A DNA stretch of 62,000 nucleotides from Vicugna vicugna (GCA_013265495.1 MU058824.1:4615111-4677110), one strand, 5' to 3'; counted from the stretch's first letter, positions 23,133-38,072 are shown. Notes: generated by a model from the letters alone, not told the origin. Made by a program: numbers and translations.

Positions 23133-23247
23133 TAAAGAGGTGCAGGCAGAGCAGGAACCCACAAGGAAGGACACTGAGGTCGAGTCTGTGACACACCATG
23201 ACTACAGGAAGGAGCTGGAGCAAGCAGGGCCTCCTGCCCCAACAAAG
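23133..23247 (+). CDS. SPAG8: SPAG8 exon 5
   Basis: tgcag|TAAAG...AAG|gtgaga; CKEVQAEQEPTRKDTEVESVTHHDYRKELEQAGPPAPTK. Confidence 0.92.
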
Positions 23248-23370
23248 GTGAGAATGCATCCCACCCCACTTGTCATAGCTGGGCCCTGACAGGCTGTGGG
23301 AAAGCAGCCGGCCCAGAGGCTGAGAAAAGGAGCTTCAGGCCAAGAGTTATTCAGTCTCTCTCCCTCACAG

Positions 23371-23433
23371 CCTCATGACTACCGTAAGGAGCAGCCCGAA
23401 ACCTTCTGGATACAGAGGGCACCACAGCTACCG
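23371..23433 (+). CDS. SPAG8: SPAG8 exon 6
   Basis: cacag|CCT...CCG|gtgtgt; PHDYRKEQPETFWIQRAPQLP. Confidence 0.92.
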
Positions 23434-23541
23434 GTGTGTGAGGGTGACTAGGTGTGGGGAGTTGGCAAAGGGGAGGAGAAGAGGCTGTTCTGTTCTGCTT
23501 GGTAGAGAGCAGGATCCGCCCTCATTCTGGCACTCCTCCAG

Positions 23542-23715
23542 GGTGTCAGTAACATCAGGACACTGTACACGCCATTCCGGAAGAACTGCAGCTTCTCAAC
23601 ACCAGTGCCTTTGTCTCTAGGGCAGCCTTTGCCCTATGAACCTTTGCCCTATGAATTATTCCTACCAATTGGGAGAAATATCTTCCCTTGCCTGTCAGGG
23701 AAGAGGGCAATGTAG
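23542..23715 (+). CDS. SPAG8: SPAG8 exon 7 (terminal; frameshifted tail)
   Basis: tccag|GGTGTC; GVSNIRTLYTPFRKNCSFSTPVPLSLGQPLPYEPLPYELFLPIGRNIFPCLSGKRAM-TAG. Confidence 0.85.
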   Translation, partial: GVSNIRTLYTPFRKNCSFSTPVPLSLGQPLPYEPLPYELFLPIGRNIFPCLSGKRAM

Positions 23716-24227
23716 TGGAGTGGGTGGAACTACTCCTATCTAAGGGTTGAGGGAAGTCCATGTGGAATCTCTATCTGTACTGGAGAGGTGGGGAGGAAGT
23801 GAATTCTGTCTGTACATGGTGAAGGAGCTTTACATAAAAAGGATTCTCTCATCCTCAGTCTGCTGATTTCAGTGATTCTGTGAGCTACCATGACCATACC
23901 CCATAACCCTTCCTTGGAGTTGCCCCTAACCCAGACTATGTCACCATGACTTTTTTCATTTGTTTGTTTTATATTTGGCCAAAATATTCTGGTTTAGATA
24001 CAGATATTTACAGAAGTAGGGAGGAAGGGGACCAGGCCAGAGAGGGGTAGGTATATGTACAAGGCTGAACTGCAAAGGGCAACAACTTCCATAGAAGGTG
24101 GGGTTTTTATGCATGTTGGTTTCCATCTCATGTAACAATGTCCATTTCTGCTGTGTGGAGAGATGATGGTCACGGCCCACCCAGGTACCAGCAGCAGGAG
24201 ACTGCCTGACTTGGGAAGAAGTGGGGT

Positions 24228-24293
24228 TTATAGGAGCCCAGCAGGTCCTTTCCGCTCTCCTAGGAGCCAGTAAGTTCGCATCTTTCCTTTTCC
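24228..24293 (-). CDS. NPR2: NPR2 exon 22 (stop)
   Basis: 66 nt; [24 protein letters not shown]. Confidence 0.97.
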   Translation of the reverse strand, partial: GKGKMRTYWLLGERKGPAGLL

Positions 24294-24423
24294 CTGAAAG
24301 CGGGGGCATAGAGAGAATTCAGATTCTCCTGTGTTATTCCCTTTTCTGCCCTCTTCCCTCTATGATCCCCATAATCACGTTCATCCGCCTTTCCATGACT
24401 CCTTCCCCATGGCCTGCCATCAC

Positions 24424-24515
24424 CTTCATCTCCACATCCCCTCGAAGCTCTAGCTGGAAGCATCCTAGCTCATCCAGGGCATCCTTGGTGGTAGAGGAAA
24501 CATGAATCTTCAGGG
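24424..24515 (-). CDS. NPR2: NPR2 exon 21
   Basis: 92 nt; [31 protein letters not shown]. Confidence 0.97.
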
Positions 24516-24680
24516 CTGGGGTGGGATGGGGGGAAAGATGGAAAGAAGAATCAGAGAAAAGGCAATCAAAGAATTGGCAGTATCGGAGAGCACTTTACCC
24601 AGCTACCATCCCTCAGGAGGCTCTCGGTCCTCCCAAGATGATGCATTAGAACCAAAATATGTCCAAGGATGGAGCAATCA

Positions 24681-25135
<455 letters not shown>

Positions 25136-25584
25136 TCACCTCTATCTGTGTCAGTGGGAATGTAGAAGGAGACAAGCTGGATTCCACTATAAGTTGTCCT
25201 GATGGCCTGGAGGCCAGAACATTGACTAGAAAGTAAGTGCCATGGTCCTGAGAATCTGGGAGAAGGGAAAGTCAATGGAATCTTTAAATCCTCCTGCCCC
25301 ACCCCAGCACCTGGCAAATACTCTGTAAATGTTTGCTGAATGGACACCTGGTCTGCAGCAGGACATGGTCCAAATAGGCTCTGCTGTCAGGAAACAGGAA
25401 GCAAGACAACAGGGCTGCCCTGAAGAGCACAGAAGCTGGTGAGGAGGTCAAGCAGGTGCAATGAAATGGGCCTCAGACAGCCTAAACTGTCAAAGGTAAG
25501 AAAGCAGGCACTTGGCTGCATTAATAGTACTTCATTAATAGTTATAAGAGAAGGTCCTTGTTTTGGGGAACCACACACTGACCT

Positions 25585-25745
25585 GTTTTAGGGATAAAGG
25601 GACACAATGTCTATAACTTACTTGCAAAAAGTTCAGAAAATAATTATATGGATACATAGATTTAAAAAAAATAAAGCAAATGGGGGGAAATATAAACAAT
25701 TGGCGGATCTGGATAAGGGTTTATGGCAGTTCTCTGTTATAGTAG
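25585..25745 (+). mobile_element. Old L1M 3' UTR fragment in NPR2 intron 18
   Basis: tttagggataaaggg...aacttacttgcaaaaagttcagaaaa...aaagcaaatgg...aacaattggcggatctggataagggtttatgg. Confidence 0.5.
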
Positions 25746-25829
25746 TAAGAGAAATGGTAGAGTAAGTCCAAAGGGAAGGGGCATGAGTGGATATATATTA
25801 TCTGCACAATGTTGGACACTTTCCACAAT

Positions 25830-25950
25830 AAATCTATTATTCCTATCACACAGATAAAATATCTGAGGCTCAGGGAGCTTCTGTTACGTGCCCAAGGCCA
25901 CACGGCTTGCTACAAAGCCAGATCATTTTTACTCCCAAGCACAATAAAGC
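25830..25950 (-). mobile_element. MIR fragment
   Basis: tattattcctatcacacagataaaatatctgaggctcaggg...gtgcccaaggccacacggc. Confidence 0.55.
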
Positions 25951-26340
25951 CCACCCTGTGCCAACTCAGTGACTTCAACAAAAAGCTTTTCCAATATAGC
26001 TTGTCTCTCACCCCAACAAATCATTCTATACCCATTCTATACCCATCCTGTATGATTCTTCCATGTCTGGAGGGGATGGAGAAAAGAGAAAAGACAACTA
26101 GGCTAACCTTATACCCGGAGGCAAAAAGTGGCAGGGGCTAAATCTTGTGATGATTCTGATTAAAGAGCCTTAAGGATTCACAAGAGGTTAGACAGTAGTG
26201 TGTACAGTTACAGTGCCAGAGCCTCATTTGTCTAGGAAGGTCACTCTAGCACTAGGATGTTGGGGACCCAGGCGGGAAAACTGACCATGGAGCAGATAAG
26301 ATATGTGGGAACAGGGAGACTGGGTTTTAAAGGAGTGTCA

Positions 26341-26433
<93 letters not shown>

Positions 26434-26538
26434 CTAACAGGGATAAGAAAGCAGAGGACTTAAGACTTGTGCCCAGCTTTCTAAGAATTCTTAACCCATG
26501 AGCCATAACAAGATATGGGAACTCCAGAAAAAAAGCTA

Positions 26539-26979
<441 letters not shown>

Positions 26980-27234
26980 CTACATACACCCACTACAGCA
27001 GAGGTCTGGGAGAGCAGTGTCCTAAGAAGGGATGGGAAGCCAGGAAGAAGGCAGCACAGCTCATTTGGAGACAGAATGAAAACCCATGGCCTATAGCTAG
27101 CATGGCTCATGGTAGCAAAATGTAACACAGCAGGGTTCTAAGGGCTGGGAAGTGAGTTCTCAAGAGCTTGCAGAGGCAGAACCCAACAGAGCAGAGTACC
27201 AAAGGAAAATTCAGGAAGGAGGACAGAAGTCTCA

Positions 27235-27477
<243 letters not shown>

Positions 27478-27540
27478 TCATCCACTAAGACTGATGAGGC
27501 TTCTATCCCTGGGGAGCCCCTGCCCCATACTGCCCTCTCA

Positions 27541-27942
<402 letters not shown>

Positions 27943-28122
27943 CTGAAAAGAAGGAACAGGCTGGCCAGGTCCTCAAAAAAGGTATCCCCAAGCCCACCTG
28001 GGCTCATCCCCATAATGCTCACCATATTACTGTCACTCCATCTCCCTCTCCCACCCTCCCTAGGGAGAAATGATCAGGGCCAGCGGGGCAATATGAAAGT
28101 GGGTTGCCGGGGAAGGCCTCAC

Positions 28123-28282
28123 TGGCATAGAGGGCGTGGCTGTCATCGGGTTCAGCAGTTGATCGGAAGCTGGCCAGGCCATAGTCTGTGATTTTGAGCA
28201 CAAAACGACTATCCACCACACAGTTGGAGGACTTGAGACTCCCATGGGATGCAATAATGCTGTTATGGAGAAAGGCCATGCC
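28123..28282 (-). CDS. NPR2: NPR2 exon 13
   Basis: 160 nt; [53 protein letters not shown]. Confidence 0.97.
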
Positions 28283-29783
28283 CTGCAGGATACACATCAA
28301 GTCATGGGATTGGATCATATCTGGTTTAGGATACCCCCTCTCCATGAGATGGGCATTAGCTAGCTGTTTAAAGATCTTGGGGCCATAAAAACAACAAGCT
28401 AATTTTGGAAGGCATCCTTTCCACATTTTCCACCCAAGGACACAAGTGAAATAGGAGAGTCATCCCTTCCTGGTACTAAAGCAGTATATTGGCACCCTGG
28501 CACCAGGAAGAGGAGTTATGCTTAAGAGGAGGGACAAAGGGGAGCTTTAAGTTATTCCCCTAGAAAGGGCAGTTTGTCTTCCGAGTAGTGAAGGGAACAG
28601 AATGATGAGGGTGAACTCCAAGAATATGACACCCATTGTGGCCTCAAATGCGTGGCCACTACTCAGGAAGACTGGCTCAAGACCCAGGTATCAAGAGTAC
28701 CTAGATGCACCAAGGAATACTAGCCAGTTGTAAATTTTAATGTACATCCATGTATAGGTGGGCAAGTTGAGATGGAGGAGGAAAGTGATCTACTAGAGGG
28801 GATGCTGGGCCAGAGAGAAAGTGGAGAAAATAATAAATTTGAAAAACCTGGAAAATGGACAAAAGTAAGAGGCAGTTGCCAAACTTTTTTATTCATTTTG
28901 ATAGCAACAAAACCTTTGGGAATTTGTGAACCGAGAAATGATTAGGCTTTGTTCTAAATCAGCTTTCAATCAAATCATTGTTCTCTCAAGAGTCACATTT
29001 TTCTTGTATTTATCATCATACCTCTAGTTGAGCACCACTAGTATTTTATCTCTCATTTCATGGCAGGCTTTAACACAAAGAAAAATATTTTTAAAATAAC
29101 CTCCTGAGAACTAAGCAGAAAAATCAAAGCCAGCCTCAAGTGTGGTACAGGTGATCCACTAGGCTAGCTCACTGGCTATGGGACTTGCCTCTAAACACCT
29201 GTCCCACCTGTTCAAGATTCAAATTTATGCCTCTACAAATCCACGGACCTCTGGGTCACTTGAAAATAGTTGAAACTTAGTGTATTGGGAGATACCAAAG
29301 GTTCAGTATAATTTTCCTTAGCTTCTCTTAGTTTTACTAGTAAGTGTTCTTTTTTGAATTTCAGTATTTCTGAACAAAAGAGCAGACATGCCAAATACTG
29401 GCTAGAGAATAAATGATGAGAAAGAAAACCAGGAGATAAATGTTTAGAGACCCCATTCATCTTTTCCCTGCTAGGAGAATTTAATATAAGCTCTTGGAGA
29501 TAAAAATTATATATATATATGATGGAGATAGATATGAAATTTTGAGTGCAGGAAGACAAAAATTCTCAACAAGTACAGGACTCTTTGTGGCAGATTAAAC
29601 TCATCCCCCCTATTAAAAACCTCAGGCCCCTTGTTTACCCACTATTACCCAACCATAAGAATAAGGGAAAGTGGAGAGAATGGGATTTTCAGAGGACTAG
29701 GAAGAGAAGTCGTAAGTAAAGCTAGAAAGAGGGAGGCATTGTTAAAGCAGATAAACTCCTAAGGAAGAGTGAAGAAGACTTAC

Positions 29784-29855
29784 CTTAACAAGGTCATTAA
29801 TGAGTGAGTAACGAAACATCCAGTCCAAATTGATGCTGTCATTTTCCAGAATATC
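29784..29855 (-). CDS. NPR2: NPR2 exon 12
   Basis: 72 nt; [24 protein letters not shown]. Confidence 0.97.
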
Positions 29856-29937
29856 CTGGTAAGTGACATGGAATAGATTATGTGCCGATCCCAGTCCCAC
29901 TAGCTACCACCTGCAGAGTCAATGCCACCAGCCCTTA

Positions 29938-30063
<126 letters not shown>

Positions 30064-30270
30064 CTAGTCAAAAAAAAAAAAGAAGAACTAAAAGAGTTAA
30101 AAATTAGACCCAGAAATCTGCCACTACATGAGAGGACCTTTCTCTCAACTGTGCCTACAACTTGAAATCATTTATGAATAAACCCCTCGCCCTCCCAGCC
30201 AGTTTTACTCTTCCCTAGTTTTCCCCCATCCCCTTCCCCCCTTGCCCTCAAGCCATATGCCATGACATAC

Positions 30271-30348
30271 ATGTTTGAGTTCAAACAGAACCTGCCGCGT
30301 CAGCTCAATGCGCTTCTTGTTCACATGTTTGATGGCGACAACGTTTCC
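30271..30348 (-). CDS. NPR2: NPR2 exon 10
   Basis: 78 nt; [26 protein letters not shown]. Confidence 0.97.
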
Positions 30349-30517
30349 CTGAAGGTAGGAGTGAAAGGGGAAAAGAAACATTAGTATCAGAAGGGGTTTC
30401 TGGCTGTGAGGAAAGACTGGAGAACTGTGGGAGGATCCAGGAGCTCAGCTGGACAGAGAGAAGAGGGTGATGAGGGGTAGAGGGTCAAGGGAAGAGGTGG
30501 CAGATGGGGATGAGTCA

Positions 30518-30760
<243 letters not shown>

Positions 30761-30763
30761 TCA

Positions 30764-30961
<198 letters not shown>

Positions 30962-31402
30962 CTACCACCCCAGAAGCCAACAGGAGGGTTGCAGGGGTTT
31001 CCCCGCAGCTCCTGAAGCTGCAATTGTGACACCCGAGAGACAGGACTGAGAGAGGGATGCATTCTCTAGGGGTCTGACACATGCCCTATGCTCATTCAAA
31101 CACAGAAGCTGAAGGTAAAAGTACTTTCTTAAAATGCTGGCATCCATGGAAAGCTCACCTTTGCCCTTATAAGAGCCCTCTGAGAATCACTAGTTAGTAT
31201 ATCCAGTCTCAAACCAAAACCCTGGGGACAACACCACCTAGGCTAAAAGACAACTAACAAGGAAGGCTAAAGGGGAAGGTGTTAGGTCTCAGAGGCAACC
31301 ACCAAGTTAAGAGATCTGCTGGCCCTCCCTGGTGTTTGAGGGAGTCCCTGCCTCAGCCAGGAGGGAGGGAGGGAGGATGTCAGTGGAAAGCCCAGAACTC
31401 AC

Positions 31403-31487
31403 CGGAAAATGAGGAAGCTGGAAACACCAAACATGATGAAGGTGATGCCTGTGCCCAGCGCCACAATTGCCAGAGTTGAAAGTGGAG
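31403..31487 (-). CDS. NPR2: NPR2 exon 7 (transmembrane helix)
   Basis: 85 nt; [27 protein letters not shown]. Confidence 0.97.
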
Positions 31488-31720
31488 CTGAAGGGGAGAG
31501 GGGAACCCTGAGAAAGACTGTGCCACCGGTGTTGTGAGAACAGAGTAGGGGCGATGCCCAGGGTCAGGGAGCAGACAGATCTCTTGAGGGAAGGAAGTGA
31601 GGAGGGGGTACAGGAGAAGAGGTGAAAATAGAGCTAAGGGCGGGGGAGTCCACGAGGAGGAGGTAAACGAAGGGAAAGTAAAGGGAGGAAGGATCGCTCC
31701 CAGTCCCTGCACACACCCAC

Positions 31721-31853
31721 TTTTATCACAGGATGGGTCGTCCACATCAAAGGCACAGGGGGGATTGTCCAAGGGGGGGGCCCCCTTCACCCAGGGGATG
31801 GGCCGTCCCGTCCACCAAATCTGCTTCTCAGCTCCTGAGTAGTGGGCTGCAGG
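31721..31853 (-). CDS. NPR2: NPR2 exon 6
   Basis: 133 nt; [44 protein letters not shown]. Confidence 0.97.
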
Positions 31854-32079
31854 CTGTGAGGAAGGAGAAAATGGGGCCCACAGGCCTGCTCCCACCAGCC
31901 TCCTCCCCCCAACCCAGCTATTTGGCTGCCTCTCTCTCCAACCTACCACCCACCCAGCGCACAGCTCCAGCAGAGGAAAGAAGTCCCTGCCTCTAGTACC
32001 TTTGATTCTGCCCCTGTTGAACCCCTGAAAGCTGGGTTGGCAGAGCCCACACTCTCCTCCCTGCCTCCTCCCCCATCAC

Positions 32080-32174
32080 CTGAAAGTCCCCAGAATCCAG
32101 GTCTCCCATGGCCCACAGGACAAAATCAGTCTCCCGGTCATTGTTCTTGTCCATAACAACCAGTCCAGTTACAC
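32080..32174 (-). CDS. NPR2: NPR2 exon 5
   Basis: 95 nt; [32 protein letters not shown]. Confidence 0.97.
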
Positions 32175-32248
32175 CTAAGATAGAAAAGAGTACCCCTTAC
32201 TTTGTGTTCTGCATGTCCCTCTCCTATCCCCTCCAATCCCCCCAGTCA

Positions 32249-32695
<447 letters not shown>

Positions 32696-32832
32696 CTACC
32701 TCACTGGACACTAGGACAGAAGGAAAATTCCTGGATGGAAGCACACAGCCCCCAAAGGGGTTGGCTCCTTGGCCAAGGCTTGATGCTGAGTTAGGGAGAA
32801 GAGCCTTTCTTCAAAGCCTGGCCTGACTCTCA

Positions 32833-33228
<396 letters not shown>

Positions 33229-34408
33229 TCAATCCCCAAAACCGAGCTTCTCATCTTCCTGAAGCCCCTACTACCCCCCAGGCCTCCCAGCAGGGCTGCC
33301 ACAGCTCTCACCGCTCCTCTGTCCCATCCTTTCTCAGTACCTGTTTATCCGCAAGGACAACACAGATCATAGCTCATCTCCCAGGTGTTAATTACTGCTA
33401 ATATTATTGGTAAAATGTTTACATTTTCGTTTGGGCCACTTGAGCACAGTGCCTCCACCCAGTGAATTAAAGAGATTTCAGGTCCTAGGACAACTGGGGG
33501 AATACTTTGAGACAGTGATTCCATCTGTAAAAAGCCATGAGCCCATTCCTTTGATGTGCGTGGAACACCCACCATAAGCAGCACCGTCCTGCCTACTGGC
33601 ATGGTCCTACACACATCCTGTGTCACAAGGAAGACACACAGTCACATGCCCACATGCACCTCACAGATAAGCCAGTGACACACGCGGTCTCAGCCATGCA
33701 CACTTCTCACTGGCCACAAGTCAGCGTGTCTGTCTTTCACTCGGGTGCCTACCTGGCTTCCACCAGTCTCACACATTTCCCCTTTCTTGGCCTCTCTTCC
33801 ACCTTAGGCCTGCACAATCACTGAGACCAGCCTCTGCCTTGATCAGGAAATTGGCATTGCAACTTTGGAAAAACACTTCAGATCAACACATTTTGTGAAA
33901 TGTGACTTTGTGAAATGATAGATTAAAACTTATTGCTTCTACCAGTTTTGTTAATTCCTGTCATAGAAAGTATTTGTAGGCCATGGAGATACTAGATATA
34001 TCACGTATGATCTATTACAGATCAATTCATTCCAGGTAGGAAATAATGAAGTCAATTCCTAATAGACATTCATTATTTTAGGTTGGAGTTTGCTTCATGA
34101 TGTAATTATTCTTACTGGAGCCTCTGGCTGCTTGTTCACACACATCTAATACTCTCCCACTCTCAGGCAAAATTCAAAAGGAGAGGGACACTGAGGATGG
34201 GGTTGGAAGAGTTCTTTCAGTAACATCTATTTAAAGAATAAAAGAAAAATAGAGGGGCGGGATATTGTTGGCAAACAATGTAAAAAGTCAGTTAAAAACT
34301 CGAAAAGATCAGGCTTAATACAATTAATATTTCAATATAAAGACTGATAATAGGTTTTTAATGGTTTTAAATGCTTGGTAGTTCCCTAGGCTGGTTTGTT
34401 TGCTAGAT

Positions 34409-34768
34409 TAGCAGTTCTCAATAATTTTGCTCTGACGACTCCTTTACCCTACTAGAAATTATTGAGGACCCAGGGAGCTTCTGTTTATTTGGGTTCCATC
34501 TATCAATATTTACCATATTAGAAATTAAAACTGACAAATTTTTCAAATACAAGAATACACAAGCACACCTTCTACAGCTGCCAGAGTGATGACATCATTA
34601 CACGTCACGTAACCTCTGGAAAACTCCACCGTACAATCGTGGAAGAATGAGGGTGAGAGAGGCAAATAACATCTTACTGTCATTTTGAAAATAGTTTTGA
34701 CCTTATGATCTCCCTAAAAGGGTTCCAGGGGCCCCCAGGATCCTATGACTACACTTTGAAAACTGCTA
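34409..34768. mobile_element. Non-autonomous hAT-Charlie-type DNA transposon with intact ends
   Basis: TIRs TAGCAGTTCTCAA / TTGAAAACTGCTA (12/13 match); perfect 8-bp TSD TGCTAGAT at 34401-34408 and 34769-34776. Confidence 0.85.
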
Positions 34769-35950
34769 TGCTAGATTCTGTTTTGCTGTGGTTACTAACT
34801 ACTAAAAAAAGAGAGAGAGAGAGAGATGGAGAAGCAGAAGAACCTCTAAAGAATTTCCGCTCTTGCTCAGGGGCTAAAGAGAAAGTAAAGGGAGGTGACT
34901 GTCCCATTTCACCTAGGGACCCCAGGTGGGGAAAAAAAAAAGGCAAAAGCAGCCAAAAATGGGTACAGCAGTGACTGGAAGCCAGAAGGGCACCTAGGAA
35001 ACGTGCAGATGCCTGGCTCCGCCTGTGGGCTCACCCACACCGAGACCCACTCTGGTCACCGCAGGAAACGCTGTTGACAGGGGCCTAAATAGACAGAATG
35101 GTCTCCAGAAGAGGTGCTGCCTTACACAGCCTTGGTCTAGTGCTTACTTCCATTCAAGCCGCTGGTGGCCCCCATCTATAACCCAGTCTCACGCTGGTCA
35201 GTTAGGTTACCTCTGCCTGGTTTCTGACCCTGTAGTCCTCAAATGCCCAGACAGAGCCTCTGGATCCTTAGAGCCTGGTCATTTGCTTCTTTAGTTCCAT
35301 TGTATCTACTCATCCTTCCCTATCCTGGTTGATCATCTTGGTTTTACAGTACCTGCCAGCTCTACTCCTGTCTAGATGAATTCCCAACCCTATCGTCCCT
35401 CTTCCCAATGCACACCTTGATTCAATTCAGCAAATACATGCTAGGCACAAAGAATACAAAGATTAGCATGATCCCTGCCCTTAAGCACCTATGGTTTCAT
35501 GAGAGAAGAATCATAGGAACATACTTCAGAGCCCTCTCCCCCGAGTAGCTAGTAGCCAGCATGAGCTGGGACCCTTTTCTTGGGCATGACACCCTCCTAG
35601 AAAGCCTGTGGGCATCGGGATCAGGGATTCCTTGCCACCTTTTCCCAGCTAGCCTGGTCTGAGACTCCAGTGGGCCAGGTATCTCTGAGGTAAGGCTCTC
35701 TCTGCTCTCACATCCTTGGCTGGAGCTGACCACGCAACTTCCCTTACCCCCTGCCTAGTTTCAGCATTGGAAAAGGATGTGCATAGCTTTGCCAGAGGAT
35801 ACCTCATCACCCCTTCACCCCTACTCCACCCCACCACCTTGATTTTCTCCTCAACATATTCCTGATTGCTGCTTTTCTTATGTTGTGGCAAAATCTCCTT
35901 CTTTGTTTTTCTGTCTGAATAATGCCTACAGGGAGAGCTAAAAATTAATT

Positions 35951-36164
35951 TACAGTTGGTCCTTAAACAACACGGGGATTGAACTGAGCAGGTCCACTTA
36001 TGCGTGGATTTTTTCCAATAAATGCAGACTACAGTACTACATGATCCATGGGTGGCTGAATCCACAGGTACAGAACCTCCAATAGGGAAGCCTGACTGTA
36101 AAGTCATACTCAGATTTTCGACTGCACAGAAGGTGGGTGCCTCTCACCCTCCGATGTTCAATGT
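35951..36164. mobile_element. Tigger2a-like MITE (TcMar-Tigger)
   Basis: ta-cagttggtccttaaacaacacgggg-ttgaactg...ggtccacttatgcgtggattttt...gattttcgactgcacagaagg...tgttcaa. Confidence 0.7.
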
Positions 36165-36319
36165 AAGTAACTAATTGGTAACTGGCTAGATCCCTCCTCC
36201 CTTTACCCTCAGTGCTGCGGCCCCTTGGCTGTAGGAATTCTCACACAACAAAGAGAGGTTTTCCCTCCACAAAGAGAATACAGCCCCAAAGGCTGTGACT
36301 CTTCCCACCTGGGAGGCTC

Positions 36320-36590
36320 AGAGAGACCTTCTGTGACCACACTAGCTAAATTACAAGCCCCCTGTTCCTCTCTTCCCATACCACTCTATTTTTTTTAAGT
36401 AGCACATCACAATTCGTTCTATGTTTACATTTATTTGCTTATTTGTTCATGTCTGTCCAGTCTACTAAGTATAAGCTCTACAAAGGCAGGGACTACATCT
36501 GTTACATTCTCTGCTGGACACCAGTACCTACCACAGTGACTGGGATATAACAGGTGCTCAATAAACACTAACAGAATGAGTCAGTCTTCA
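36320..36590 (+). mobile_element. L2 3' end
   Basis: tataagctctacaaaggcagggac...cacagtgactgggatataacaggtgctcaataaacac...gaatga. Confidence 0.65.
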
Positions 36591-38072
36591 AATGAATCAA
36601 ACACTGAATAATGCGGTAAGTTCTATAGGAGCCTGAGTTAAGCACAAGAGTAGGAAATTCAGTCCAACCTGGGGATTCAGGGGATTGTTTCACAAAAAGG
36701 AAGATAACTGATCTGAGTCTTAAAGAATACACAAGCGTTATCCAGACAGACACAGGTGAGAAGGCTGTTTTTGAGGCAAAAGTTACAGCATCAGCAAAAC
36801 TTGTCCTGCCACTGCCCATGTTCAAGTGTGACAGTCACAGACTCATACTCAGGCATACAAACAGATATGTCATTCACAGTCAGACACAACCAAATATATA
36901 ATCATTGGAGAAGGCAGCCACCCAAGTCCAGCCTTTATACACATCGACTTAGTGTCAAAGACTCTCAGGACCTTAAGGTTATCACATATGCCACCTCAAA
37001 TCCTTTTTGGGAAAAGGAGGGGCATGCATAAATAAGTAAAATAAATACTTGTGTACATAAGTTAGTGAAAAATTGGTGGGAAAACCAGGGAGCAATTCAT
37101 GGGTATGATTTTGAGAGGCAGAGATTTGGAGTGAGGAAAGGAAGACCATCCCAGAGAAAAGGAGCAAAGAGCACCAAGGTGGAAGGGGGAGCAGGGAGGT
37201 CCAGGGGTAGTGGGTCTGAGAGAGGTCTAGCCTGCGGGGGTTAGCCTCCTAGCAGTACTAGGAGGTAAGATTTAAAAGTGGGTTAAGAACAGACTGTAGA
37301 AAGTCTTAAATGTCACAACAAGGAGTCGGGACTTCATTCTGAAGGAAATAAGTCACTGGAAGTTTTGAACAGAGGGGTGAAATGAACAGAGTCACATCAA
37401 TTTCCCTACAAATTGTTTCTTAAATCCATTTCTTTTCATTCCTGCTATCACTGTAGTTCCAACCCGTATCTACTTACCCACTTCTAACCTATTACAGGGG
37501 GCCTCATTGCCTCTAGTCTCCTCCTCTTCCAATCCAACCTGAATTCTGTCAGTATATGTCTCTTCATAAAAATACTCAAGGACCCCACCGTTCAGGTCCA
37601 AGTGCCTCAATCTTAGGTTCAGATTTCTCCATAATCTGAGTCTACTTCTGCAGCATTACTTTCTATAACCTGCTTTTAGTGAACCCTTCTTTCTTGTCAG
37701 GTCAGTATCTTCTTGGACCCCCAAACATGCCCATTCCTATCTTTTTCTCATTGCTCTAGCTGCATGGATCCTCTCTCCCACTCTGATTAGTAATATGACA
37801 TCTATCTTTAGAGTCACAATATAGTCTCACTTCCTTTATAAAAGCCTTCCCGAAACCCAGCCCATACTGACTCTATCCTCTGAACCACTCAAGTTTTTAG
37901 TGTATGTTCCAGGGCACATAATCACATCCTTTCTCGTACTTGTATCTGACTGTACCACAATCATGCCTCACCTCTCCAGAATGGGTGGAAACCCTCTCAG
38001 GGGCTGGCACCATACCTTTTCCTCAACTTTTCTCCCCCACCATGTATCTACTACTGGTACTTAGGAAAGTCA

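Larger units (their letters stand above)
21642..23715 (+). other. SPAG8: SPAG8 gene coding span (sperm-associated antigen 8; 452 aa)
   Basis: 7 exons join in frame (38+751+172+46+115+63+174 = 1359 nt); Gly/Ser/Pro-rich region, LPRGQCLLYNWEEERATN, FRKNCSFSTPVPL. Confidence 0.93.
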
